A stretch of DNA of 64,000 nt from positions 1,696,001-1,760,000 of the forward strand of contig CBDDIJ010000002.1 of assembly GCA_965228855.1 (NCBI GenBank), given 5' to 3'. The notes under the pieces are model-generated. The model saw only the letters and a list, made by a program, of their open reading frames with translations. It made no database searches and was not told where the DNA came from. Shown here in pieces: positions 9,538 to 18,822 of the stretch. The position numbers and the translations under genes are program-made. This stretch comes from Candidatus Obscuribacterales bacterium. GTDB lineage: Bacteria; Cyanobacteriota; Vampirovibrionia; Obscuribacterales; Obscuribacteraceae. The stretch's first letter is position 1, and every line of letters starts with the position of its first letter.

Positions 9538-11343
9538 TTAGAAGCAAGAGCGAACCGGTTTACTTGTTGAGCGGGCTGAGTTTTTGTATTTCGGAACAAT
9601 GTTAAAAGTGTTGAAGTATCGTCTCTCTGGATCCAAACATTTATAGACCGCATTTTCAGTGAACCAGCCATTGTCTGGACCCATTCTGGAACCACCTTTT
9701 CGTTCTCGCCAACCTGTCACTTTGTCGGTAAGTCTGTCAAGCCGGAATTCTATAGAACGGCTCGCATTGCCACACCAGTTTCCACTATTTAAGCGAAAGT
9801 AGATGATCTCATCTTTGTCATTTGTGCTGCTCCTGCTGAGTAAGCGATAAATTTCACTTCGGTCCATGCCGATTACATCGTAGTCATCTAAAAATTTTCG
9901 CCATAAGTCTACTCTGTTCATGGACTGTTCCTGGTCCAAGCGTTTCCACTCGTCCGGATCAAAGCCGCCCGGTCTTTTATTGCGGACAATGAAAGTGTCA
10001 CCATCCTTTTGGATTTCGCTGAAGCTGCAAGGGACCACAATTTTGCCAAGTTTATTTGATACGCCCCAGCGTAGTTCGTGCTTTTGGTTCTTGGCCTCAG
10101 CTAAGCGAGCAAAGCCTTCACCTATATTCTCTATTTCATAAAATTGAGCATTCAGTACAATCCGTCCCAATGAGTTCATTAGTCCGAGCTTCTTTCTTGC
10201 GACTTCATTGTTGTCTTCGTCGAGTATATCGATATCATCTGAAGCGCTTCCACCCTCGCCGAAGATCCATAAACCGTCTTTCGAGCGAGCGTCAAGAAAG
10301 GTAACTCTGGGTGGGAGTTTAAGCATCAATTCTCCAGCACGCGAGAGCAGCATCCATCGCCCATCTTTGACGCCGGCGAGTTTGTCTCCCTGAAGTTCAA
10401 GCACTGTATATAGTGGCTCAATCACAAATTTTCCGGATCTATCGATGATGCCTGAATGTGTTTCGTCAACACTGACAAATGCAAATGTTTTATTCAAAAA
10501 ATCGCCTGCACTGAAGAATGGTCCGGCTACAATCTCTCCTGAAGTGTCAATGAAGGCAGCCTTTTTAGAGCCTCCATGGAGCATCTCCACAACTGCTCGA
10601 CCGTTGTGAAAGTCTCGCCCGCTTGCGAATCTACCTGGTTCAACTGCCAGGGTTCCGCTTTCGTCAAAGTAGCAGATCGAAACTGCGTCTGGGCCGTAAG
10701 TTCTTGCCCGAAGCAAACCGTCGCAATATCGATGCGACTCTAAGTGAATTGTTTGTGAGAAAGTTAATAGGACTTTGCCGCCACTAGCAATCAGCTCAGT
10801 TCTTTTGAACCCATCATCTTGGTAGGACTCACGGATAAATCGATCTGACCCAAGGTATTGCAGACTGGAGCACTTTGATAGTGGGACAAGAATATTGCCG
10901 TCTCTGTCACAGAAACCGCGCTCACCAGCAGAATTCTCGATCTCAAACATCTCATCGCCCCGGAAGAAATATCTGGTGATCGACGTCGGAAGATTGGGAG
11001 GTCGTTCTTGACTCTGCTTCTTAGTGCCGTTACTTTCTGAGCCGGACTTCGATTCTTCGCCAGCTGGCTTCTTTTGTCCCTTGGCGTTTACCAAGAACGC
11101 GTCATGATTCTTGTCCAAGTAGTGAGGTTCTACCAAAAACCATCCGTCAGCTCTTTTTGTAATACGTCCATAAATTGGCTTCGCCAAAATGTTTCCGTCT
11201 TTATCGATCAAACCAAAATCGTCAGCTCCGGCCGAAGTGTGGAAACCTAAGACGACGAAGGCTGAGACCGCATACAGTATCACTTTTGGCAAGTGATTCA
11301 AGCCGACTGTAATTAAGCTCTTCCTGATAGACGCTCGCTTCAT
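9538..11343 (-). CDS. Secreted WG-repeat (KWG-type) protein
   Basis: Signal-like N-terminus; repeated FGLIDKDGNILAKPIY, RGFCDRDGNILVP, GIIDRSGKFVIEPLY, WGVSNKLGKIVVPCSF. Confidence 0.85.
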   Translation of the reverse strand: MKRASIRKSLITVGLNHLPKVILYAVSAFVVLGFHTSAGADDFGLIDKDGNILAKPIYGRITKRADGWFLVEPHYLDKNHDAFLVNAKGQKKPAGEESKSGSESNGTKKQSQERPPNLPTSITRYFFRGDEMFEIENSAGERGFCDRDGNILVPLSKCSSLQYLGSDRFIRESYQDDGFKRTELIASGGKVLLTFSQTIHLESHRYCDGLLRARTYGPDAVSICYFDESGTLAVEPGRFASGRDFHNGRAVVEMLHGGSKKAAFIDTSGEIVAGPFFSAGDFLNKTFAFVSVDETHSGIIDRSGKFVIEPLYTVLELQGDKLAGVKDGRWMLLSRAGELMLKLPPRVTFLDARSKDGLWIFGEGGSASDDIDILDEDNNEVARKKLGLMNSLGRIVLNAQFYEIENIGEGFARLAEAKNQKHELRWGVSNKLGKIVVPCSFSEIQKDGDTFIVRNKRPGGFDPDEWKRLDQEQSMNRVDLWRKFLDDYDVIGMDRSEIYRLLSRSSTNDKDEIIYFRLNSGNWCGNASRSIEFRLDRLTDKVTGWRERKGGSRMGPDNGWFTENAVYKCLDPERRYFNTFNIVPKYKNSARSTSKPVRSCF

Positions 11344-11566
11344 AAACTTCTCGAATCATGCACGAAACTCACCTAATTCTAAATCAATCGTCAAATCTTG
11401 GCTTAGGTTGCGAGGTTGATGTGAATGGCGGCCGCCGTACGAACTCATCCTTCACCCGGGTGATTTTGCTCGTCGCGTTGCACAACTGCAGTATGCGCAG
11501 ACCGCTGCTGCCGGACAGGTTGCTGCTTTATGTGGGATGGGTTAACGACGAAGGCGGTCGGGATAG

Positions 11567-11596
11567 AAAAAGGGCTCGCGAGTTTTCGCGAACCCC
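11567..11596 (-). terminator. Intrinsic terminator downstream of the hemerythrin-domain gene
   Basis: Minus strand ggggttcgcgaaaactcgcgagccc followed by TTTTT. Confidence 0.7.
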
Positions 11597-11618
11597 AGGA
11601 GCTTGTATTTACCTCCGC

Positions 11619-12500
11619 TTAGCGACTTTTCTTGCGCTTAGATTGAGTGGAAGAAGCTTTCTTTCTGCCCGCCGCAGAGGCTGGTTTCGACTTCGCTCCA
11701 GCTTTCTTCGCGGTGCTCTTCTTTGTCGACGAGGCGCGAGTTTTTGAACTACTCATTTTACTTTTCGCCTTTGAGCTTGTTTTTGTTCCAGTCCTGGACG
11801 CTGTTTTTCCAGAGGCTTTTGAGCTTGTTTTCTTCGCGCCAGCTTTTGCCTTTGTCTTAGTGGCAGTGCGGCCCTTCTGTTTAGGCTTCGCGGTTTTCTT
11901 TGCTGCAGTCGTTTTCGCTTTTGATTTCGATGCCGGTTTTTTCTTCGTTGCTTTCTGCATGGCAGGAGATTGCAGCGGTTCTACGGCGTCCAGATCGCTG
12001 TAGGTTTCCTGTAACTCCATTTTGAGGTCCAGCATTTTTTCTTTCAGTTCGTCGAAATCGATGTCCAGCTCTCTGAGCGCGGGGAACATCTCTTCCTCTT
12101 CTTCCTTGATATGGTGCTTCACAAGTTCGGATAGCACCTTAAACTTGGCATCGAACTTCTCATCGCTTTCGTCCATTCCTTTCATCTCTGTAATGACGAA
12201 ATCAACGACGCGGTGCTCTTCTTCTGCTTCGAGTTTCAGGTCTTCGTCTTCTTCATCGTCGCTTTCTTCAAGCAAAGGATAAACAAGCTCCTCTTCCAAT
12301 TTCGTATGCACGACTAGTGAAAGAACAGTGTCAACAAAGATTGAATATTTTTCGCCATCGCCCGATGCGCTTTCAAATTTTTCAAAGTTTTCTTTCACAT
12401 GGGCGTGGTCCATTTTTAACATCTCCAGCGGGTCGCTTACCGCTCTCAATGTTTCAAAATCTTCCTTCTCGTGTGAAACCACTTTCAATTTTGCATTCAT
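11619..12500 (-). CDS. Hemerythrin-like (HHE) domain protein with histone-H1-like Lys/Ala/Ser/Thr-rich C-terminal tail
   Basis: LKMDH, HTKLEEELVYP, EEEHRVV, HHIKEEEEEMFP, then about 110 aa of KKTAKPKQK/KAKAGAKK-type sequence. Confidence 0.88.
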   Translation of the reverse strand: MNAKLKVVSHEKEDFETLRAVSDPLEMLKMDHAHVKENFEKFESASGDGEKYSIFVDTVLSLVVHTKLEEELVYPLLEESDDEEDEDLKLEAEEEHRVVDFVITEMKGMDESDEKFDAKFKVLSELVKHHIKEEEEEMFPALRELDIDFDELKEKMLDLKMELQETYSDLDAVEPLQSPAMQKATKKKPASKSKAKTTAAKKTAKPKQKGRTATKTKAKAGAKKTSSKASGKTASRTGTKTSSKAKSKMSSSKTRASSTKKSTAKKAGAKSKPASAAGRKKASSTQSKRKKSR

Positions 12501-12727
12501 GCGTTTTCTCCTCGACCATCTATTTTGATTGCGTTCTATTGTCTAAGTAGCAAGAAATAAACAGCTAATGCTGCGGTAATGGGCATCAGTACTGGTGTCG
12601 CGGAAACTCACTTGGGTGGCAAACGTCAAGTTACCCATAGGTTAGAAAAGGAAGGCACTGTGGATGGTGTCATTGTTTTCTTCTTGCCGGATGGTCGGCA
12701 CTTCGGGCTCAGGCTTTTTTACATGAA

Positions 12728-12757
12728 AGAAGAGCAGCTCGTACGAGCTGCTCTTCT
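12728..12757 (-). terminator. Perfect 30-bp palindrome, probable terminator of the BON/general-stress operon
   Basis: agaagagcagctcgt|acgagctgctcttct, 26 nt past the stop at 12784. Confidence 0.7.
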
Positions 12758-12783
12758 GAAGGTCCGGTTGGTTCGAGGCGGAT

Positions 12784-13323
12784 TTAGTTTTTCTTCACAG
12801 CTGCTTCGCCGACACGGTGAATGTCAGTTGCGTTATTTGCTTTGAAGATTTCCTCAGCTTTTTTGAGCTGCTCTTTGTCGTCGCTATGTGCAGCGATCAA
12901 GATGTTGCCGTCGCGAATTTTGCCTTCGTACATTTTGGCTTCGTACTCAGGAATTCCCATTCCGATAAGGGCTCCGGCGACTCCAGCGACGGTAGCTCCG
13001 ACTGCAGCGCCGCTGAGTGCTGCCATAATCGGTCCTGCTGCGATCAGTGGACCGACACCAGGGATGGCGAGAGCGCCAATGCCGGCTAAGAGTCCGAGCG
13101 CGCCGCCAATTATACCGCCTGTAGTGGCGCCTGTTACTGCGCCTTCCGGTGCTTTACTTGCAGCGTCGTGAGCGAAATCTTTAGCGCCTTCTTTATCTGG
13201 AAACAGAATCGAGATGTTGCTGTCGATAAATCCGAAGGACTTGAGTTCGGAAACGAGTTGCTCTGCCTGCGGGGTGGATTGAACTATTCCAACAATTGCG
13301 TGGTTTTTCATTTTGTACTCCAT
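12784..13323 (-). CDS. General stress protein (YflT/17M-like, glycine-zipper membrane protein)
   Basis: GAVTGATTGGIIGGALGLLAGIGALAIPGVGPLIAAGP...GIPEYEAKMYEGKIRDGNILI. Confidence 0.85.
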   Translation of the reverse strand: MEYKMKNHAIVGIVQSTPQAEQLVSELKSFGFIDSNISILFPDKEGAKDFAHDAASKAPEGAVTGATTGGIIGGALGLLAGIGALAIPGVGPLIAAGPIMAALSGAAVGATVAGVAGALIGMGIPEYEAKMYEGKIRDGNILIAAHSDDKEQLKKAEEIFKANNATDIHRVGEAAVKKN

Positions 13324-13353
13324 TTAGTTTGAATCTGACGGGTGGGTTTGTTT

Positions 13354-13731
13354 CTAATGAGGTTTTTTCGCAACGGTCAAAAGATTTTTCACTGACGTTA
13401 CGCAGCTACATCCTTTAGCTACTGACTCGACCTTCGCTTTTTCTTCTTCGCTATCGACGGCTCCGCGCAGAGTTACAACACCTTTTGAGAAAAGGATTTT
13501 GCAGTTCTTTGCGTCCATCGATAGGTCGCTGTCCATAACAGCTTTCCTGATCGCAGCAAGCGACTCGACGTCATCTTTTTTGTTGCTTTGTTTGTCGGCG
13601 GTTACGGCTTCTTCTTGAGTCGCTCCGCGGTTTTGAGCAGTGTTATCTGCTTTCGGCGCTTCCTTTGCGAAAGACGCGCTTCCGATGCTGAGCATGGCTA
13701 CAACCAGAGCCAATGATTTAATTGTTCGCAT
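13354..13731 (-). CDS. Periplasmic BON-domain (OsmY-like) protein
   Basis: AGGAG RBS before ATG at 13731 (MRTIKSLAL); ADNTAQN...TADKQSN; GVVTLRGAVDSEEEK. Confidence 0.88.
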   Translation of the reverse strand: MRTIKSLALVVAMLSIGSASFAKEAPKADNTAQNRGATQEEAVTADKQSNKKDDVESLAAIRKAVMDSDLSMDAKNCKILFSKGVVTLRGAVDSEEEKAKVESVAKGCSCVTSVKNLLTVAKKPH

Positions 13732-14262
13732 AAAACTCCTTTGAATTTTGTTGAACATGGACTTCTATCTGCGAGTGGTCGAGGTCGTTCTTCCTGAGTT
13801 CCTTTGTCTTAAACTTCAAGCGGCTATCTCTCAAGCAGCGAGCGGCTGATGAGGTGTTCCACTTGTAATACAGGCGCAAGAAAATCGAACTTCAAGAGAC
13901 AACGAAATCGAACTCGAAGCATTGAGTGGTTAGTAGCAAAACGCAACCGTGTCGATGTCACCTAATTTTCATAGTGAGATAAAATCTCGCACAGCCAGCC
14001 CTGTCTCGTGTTCCACGCACTGTCCGGCAGGGGGGATTGCTGACAACCGGGGAATATTGCTTGCAGTTTGCAAGAGTCGAACATTCAGGTGAGGCCGCAA
14101 TGCTGATGAGTGTTATGAAGATTTGCGCAAGCTTCTTCAGTTTGACATGATGGTGCTTGTAAGTGCGCAAGGCTATTCAAAATTTTCGTGACAAAACCGC
14201 TATACGAAATAAACCTGGCTTTCCGCTTCGCTAGTTCTTTGGGCTAGTGTCGACGGCTCCGC

Positions 14263-15003
14263 TCAAGAATTTGCCTGGGTGGTCATATAGGCGCCTAATA
14301 TCAGAATCAACGAAAAAACTATCAGGCGAAATTGTTTATCCGATATGCAGGAGAGAAGTTTTTTTCCTGCCATGGTGCCTACAACGCATCCTGCTGTTGC
14401 GATTGCAACTAGCGGCCAAATGTTGAGCAGATCCTTTCCTTCGGTGACAAAGTAAACAGGCATGCGAGCTAGGTCGACGATGACACCTATCGCTGTCGCG
14501 GTAGATACGAGTTCCTCCTTCGACAAGTTCAAACCGAGAAGAGCGGCCGAGCGAATCCCGCCTTGATTCCCAACGAGTCCCCCGAGTCCGCCCGAACATA
14601 GCCCTGCTAACCAGGACCATGAGTGATTTATGCGGAACTTCTGAAACCAGCCTGACAAGCCGGTTAAGCCAACATAGATCAGTAAAAATGCGAAGAGATA
14701 TATTAGTAGTGGTGAATTGACCTTTGCATGAAAGACCGCGCCTAATAATCCGCCAAGCGCGCTGAAACTGCCGAACTTGATAAATACTTGACGATTGATA
14801 TTCTTGCGCAACATCCAAAATCGCAATGAAGTTGCAACAAGATGAGGCACCGATATTGCAGCCACTGCAAGTTTTAAGTCTATTTGCGTGGACAACAGTG
14901 GTGTCAGCAGACTGCCGATGCCAAAGCCGGAAAGCGCCGCAACGCCAGCTGCAAATGCACTTACCGTAAACAAAATAATTTGAAAACTATCCGGTGTAAC
15001 CAT
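14263..15003 (-). CDS. Sulfite exporter TauE/SafE family membrane protein
   Basis: SGFGIGSLLTP, GGLGGLVGNQGGIRSA, about 8 hydrophobic segments. Confidence 0.88.
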   Translation of the reverse strand: MVTPDSFQIILFTVSAFAAGVAALSGFGIGSLLTPLLSTQIDLKLAVAAISVPHLVATSLRFWMLRKNINRQVFIKFGSFSALGGLLGAVFHAKVNSPLLIYLFAFLLIYVGLTGLSGWFQKFRINHSWSWLAGLCSGGLGGLVGNQGGIRSAALLGLNLSKEELVSTATAIGVIVDLARMPVYFVTEGKDLLNIWPLVAIATAGCVVGTMAGKKLLSCISDKQFRLIVFSLILILGAYMTTQANS

Positions 15004-15170
15004 GTCTCTTTATGCGATCGGTTTCAACTTTGTTCGATTCTTATGGCTGAGTGCCACGCAAAATGCGTTGTCCTAAAGTCTGACACATGTGTCAGCAGAA
15101 CATGCAGTTTCTGACGTCGTGTCAATTCGATAATGACGATATAGACGAAGGAACGCAATAGCAAAGGACG

Positions 15171-15644
15171 GTGAACCGAATGCAAGCAACGCTGACAATC
15201 CTGTTGCTCGTTATCTCGAACGTGTTTATGACAATGGCTTGGTATGGGCATCTCCGCTTCAGATCCGCTCCACTCTGGGAGGTGATCGTAATTAGCTGGC
15301 TAATTGCATTTCTGGAATACTGCTTTCAAGTGCCGGCTAATCGAATGGGCAGCTACGAATTCACTGCTGCTCAGTTGAAAATTATTCAAGAGGTGATCAC
15401 TCTGATTGTGTTCGGCGCATTTTCGGTTCTTTATCTGAAACAACAGTTCCATTGGAATTACGCAGTTGCATTTGCGCTAATTGTCGGTGCCGTCTTTTTC
15501 GTATTCACGGGGGATGGTGACGTCGCGCAGGAGCAGAACAAATGCACAGCGCCAGAGAAATTAGATGTCAAAAAGGTTTCTGTTTCCGATCTTCACGCGG
15601 CGTGTGTGGAAATCGAATTTCCTGATCGAATATCGCCATCTTAG
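15171..15644 (+). CDS. DMT-superfamily small membrane protein (DUF486-like)
   Basis: SNVFMTMAWYGHL...SWLIAFLEYCFQVPANRMG...QLKIIQEVITL; carries a short extra C-terminal tail. Confidence 0.88.
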   Translation: MNRMQATLTILLLVISNVFMTMAWYGHLRFRSAPLWEVIVISWLIAFLEYCFQVPANRMGSYEFTAAQLKIIQEVITLIVFGAFSVLYLKQQFHWNYAVAFALIVGAVFFVFTGDGDVAQEQNKCTAPEKLDVKKVSVSDLHAACVEIEFPDRISPS

Positions 15645-15691
15645 AGAATCTAAGAGCACTTGTCGCGCTAATTTTAGTTAGAGAGGAGCTG

Positions 15692-16951
15692 ATGACAAGC
15701 GAGCTGAACACCGATAAGAGCAGGACAATTGTGAGCAATCAAAGTCTGCGCGCTCTCGACTGTTTGAACATAATGATAGGGGATGTTCTTGGCGGCTTGG
15801 GACCATATCTGGCTGCCTATCTGAGGACCGCTCAGCAATGGGATCAAGCCAGTATTGGTGCGGCGCTGTCTGCGATGGGCATTGCTACGATTCTTTCCCA
15901 AACACCTGCCGGTGCGCTGGTCGATCGTTTGAAACAGAAGCGCATTCTTCTTTGCGGCGCGGCAGGTGTCATGAGTCTGACCTGCGTCGTCATCACCGTT
16001 TTCAGTCAGTTCTACGCGGTCATGACAGCGCAGATAATTTACGGAATCGGTGCTGCCGTTGCCGGTCCTTGCATCGTGGCGATCAGTTTGGGGTTAGTTG
16101 GACACAAGAGATTCGCATCGCGAATCGCCCGAAATGAGGCTTACAATCACGTCGGAAACGTCGCGGCGGCCGTGCTGGTTGGTCTGGCGGGCTTTCTAAT
16201 ATCGCCAATCTGTGTCTTTTACCTAATCGCGCTTTTCAGCGTGGGGAGCATAGTTGCTACCTCTTATATACGTGAAGACGAGATAGATCACGATGTTGCT
16301 TCAGGCGCAGTCGAAAGTACGTCGAGTAAGCCTGAGATCAACATTGCCGCTCTTTTGAGCAATAAACATATTGCTGCTTTCGGAATTGCTGTGTTTCTGT
16401 TTCACCTTTCTAATGCCGCCATGCTACCTCTTGCGGGTCAATACCTTTCAGAAGGTCGACCCAGGGAAGCGCCTCTATGGATTTCCGCCTGTGTCGTCTC
16501 GGCTCAATTTGTGATGGTGCCCGTGAGCCTCTGGGCTGGACGGGCTGCACAAACATGGGGACGCAAACCTGTATTCTTGATTGGATTTTCTGTGTTGCCA
16601 ATTAGGGGTTTTCTTTACACGCTGAACAGCAGCCCGTTCTGGGTAGTTCCTGTACAACTTTTGGACGGCATCGGTGCCGGTATTTTTGGTGTTCTTGCCT
16701 CCGTAATCGTCGCCGATCTCACAAAAGGTACCAGGCACTACAATGTTACTCGCGGCGCGATAATTACAGCACAGGGATTTGGAGCCGTGCTGAGTAATCT
16801 TCTGGCTGGATTTCTTGTTGCGAGATTCGGATATGTCAGCGGTTTTCTCTTTCTCGCCCTCACCGGACTAGCAGGCCTGGTAATCTGTTGTCTTGGACTA
16901 CCGGAAACTCGTAACCTCGAGCCCGAATTGGGAAGTTTCAAAGATGGCTAG
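15692..16951 (+). CDS. MFS transporter
   Basis: About 12 TM segments; motif-A-like GALVDRLKQKR and GRAAQTWGRK; GAGGAG RBS. Confidence 0.9.
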   Translation: MTSELNTDKSRTIVSNQSLRALDCLNIMIGDVLGGLGPYLAAYLRTAQQWDQASIGAALSAMGIATILSQTPAGALVDRLKQKRILLCGAAGVMSLTCVVITVFSQFYAVMTAQIIYGIGAAVAGPCIVAISLGLVGHKRFASRIARNEAYNHVGNVAAAVLVGLAGFLISPICVFYLIALFSVGSIVATSYIREDEIDHDVASGAVESTSSKPEINIAALLSNKHIAAFGIAVFLFHLSNAAMLPLAGQYLSEGRPREAPLWISACVVSAQFVMVPVSLWAGRAAQTWGRKPVFLIGFSVLPIRGFLYTLNSSPFWVVPVQLLDGIGAGIFGVLASVIVADLTKGTRHYNVTRGAIITAQGFGAVLSNLLAGFLVARFGYVSGFLFLALTGLAGLVICCLGLPETRNLEPELGSFKDG

Positions 16952-18209
16952 GATTCTCGTACTTCGTGACCGACGCTCAACAAGCGGTATTCTGACAGAG
17001 ATGTTGGAGAGTCTGAAGCATCGCTTAGTCGAAGCGGACTCGCTCTCAGGCGGTCTCCGCTTGCTGTTGCAGGAGCCTGCCGAGATGGTCTTCATAGATC
17101 AGCAGAGCGAAACCCACTCCGCCGCTAATCTTCTTCAAGCTATCAAACAAGAAAGCGCTCTGGCATCGTTGCCGGTGATCGTCGTTACCTCTGAGGCTAA
17201 CAGCGATCTCGTCATCGAAGTAATGCGACTCGGCGCATTCGATCATTTGAGCTTACCTTTGAGCCTGGACGAATTGAATCAGGCAATTGAAAGAGCAATT
17301 GCCGCACCTAAAAGCGAAACTGTATCAAGCATAAGTTACTCAGAAACCACGTCGGACAATACGCTTGTCGGCTTGTGCGCTGCAATGAGGCGAGTCGAGA
17401 AACAGATCGGAATTGCCGCCGCATGTGGTGCCTCTGTTTTGATCAGTGGAGAGACCGGCACAGGGAAAGATACTGTTGCAAGAGCGATTCATCGACACAG
17501 CCAACAGGGGGCTAAACCGCTAACAGTTATCGATTGTACTGCAGTCCCCGAAGACTACGAGTCTTTCGAATCATTGAGTCCCGGCGCTCAGGGGACGGTC
17601 ATCTTGGACGAGATTGGCGACCTCAACGCTCGTACACAGGCGATGCTGGTTCGAGCATTGAAGGAAGGAGTGCCGGGAACCACTGCACCGCGGGTGGTTG
17701 CAACTACCCAGCACGACTTAATTTCGATGGTGAAAGAGAAGTGCTTTAGAGAAGATCTGTTTTACCGATTGAACGTTTTACCGATTTCGCTACCGCCGCT
17801 TAGAGAGCGGGGTTCCGACATCTTGTCTCTGGCGGAACTGTTTTTATCGCAAGCTCGGCCGGAGTCCGCCAAGCGCATAAGTAGTTCTGCTGCGAAGGTT
17901 TTATTAGATTATGACTGGCCGGGGAATGTTCGAGAGTTGCAGAATCTTATGTATCATCTGACGTTTTCGGTTCGCGCTGCAAGTATTGAACCAGCTGACC
18001 TCAGCATGATTATCCGCGAGGATGCGGTCAAAAGTGAAGACAGTTTAGACGGCATGGATTATTACACTGCGATGGCAACGTTGGAGAAGCGTCTGCTGGA
18101 GCGGGCTTTAGAGCAATCGAACGGAAGTAAGTCCGAGGCTGCGCGGCTGCTTGGCATCAACAGGCAGTTGTTGTACAGCAAGCTAAAGGCGCATGGGCTA
18201 ATGACTTGA
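16944..18209 (+). CDS. NtrC-like regulator (degenerate REC, shortened AAA+, Fis HTH) lacking the GAFTGA loop
   Basis: Walker A GETGTGKD, Walker B VILDEIG, FREDLFYRLNV, WPGNVRELQN, HTH SKSEAARLLGINRQLLYSKL. ATG at 16944 overlaps the MFS stop. Confidence 0.88.
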   Translation: MARILVLRDRRSTSGILTEMLESLKHRLVEADSLSGGLRLLLQEPAEMVFIDQQSETHSAANLLQAIKQESALASLPVIVVTSEANSDLVIEVMRLGAFDHLSLPLSLDELNQAIERAIAAPKSETVSSISYSETTSDNTLVGLCAAMRRVEKQIGIAAACGASVLISGETGTGKDTVARAIHRHSQQGAKPLTVIDCTAVPEDYESFESLSPGAQGTVILDEIGDLNARTQAMLVRALKEGVPGTTAPRVVATTQHDLISMVKEKCFREDLFYRLNVLPISLPPLRERGSDILSLAELFLSQARPESAKRISSSAAKVLLDYDWPGNVRELQNLMYHLTFSVRAASIEPADLSMIIREDAVKSEDSLDGMDYYTAMATLEKRLLERALEQSNGSKSEAARLLGINRQLLYSKLKAHGLMT

Positions 18210-18219
18210 GGAGGAATTA

Positions 18220-18723
18220 ATGGCACCGCACGAACATGATCGCAAGAAAAAAACACATCATCGAGAGAGCCGTCGAGCGTTGAATACTCCGGAGAACGCC
18301 TTGAAGGCCGTCGGTGCGGCGCGAGCATGTATTGGTTCGCTCGCGGCAGGTAAAGTCTGGAAACATCGCGCTCCGCATGGAATTGAGATCAAGGGCGCTT
18401 TGACTATCGACGGCAGCGCTGTTGTGATACTGCATTTCAGTCCAGAAGATGGAAGCGTTCTGCCTAAGGGATTTCACGGCTTCAGTGAGGGAACTCCGGA
18501 ACTCATCTCCGACATCGAGAGTAGGCTCAATGATTATCCTGAAAAACTTATCGTACTAGAAGGCGCCGAGTTTAGAGAGCCTGAGTTCTGCTGGGCGGTT
18601 CCTCTTGTTTGTGACGGAAGAATCGTAGCGCATCTTAAAGTGTCGTCTGATGGAAGCGAGATTATGCCGGACAAGAAAGCGATGGAGGAAATGCAATCTC
18701 TCATCCGAAGGGATGAGAATTGA
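18220..18723 (+). CDS. Hypothetical protein with internal two-fold repeat
   Basis: GAGGAGG RBS; similar halves IKGALTIDGSAVVILHFSPEDGSVLP / WAVPLVCDGRIVAHLKVSSDGSEIMP. Confidence 0.75.
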   Translation: MAPHEHDRKKKTHHRESRRALNTPENALKAVGAARACIGSLAAGKVWKHRAPHGIEIKGALTIDGSAVVILHFSPEDGSVLPKGFHGFSEGTPELISDIESRLNDYPEKLIVLEGAEFREPEFCWAVPLVCDGRIVAHLKVSSDGSEIMPDKKAMEEMQSLIRRDEN

Positions 18724-18822
18724 GTCGTCTGCTTCTGTCAGAAATCGACAGATCGACTGATTGAATATACGCCCGTTAGGTCTAAACTTGTGAGCCTTCG
18801 AGTCACAACACGGGCATATAAT

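Noticed and set aside
13958..14170. 70-aa ORF upstream of the BON gene
   Set aside because: No RBS or recognisable family; could be a decayed gene but is unsupported.
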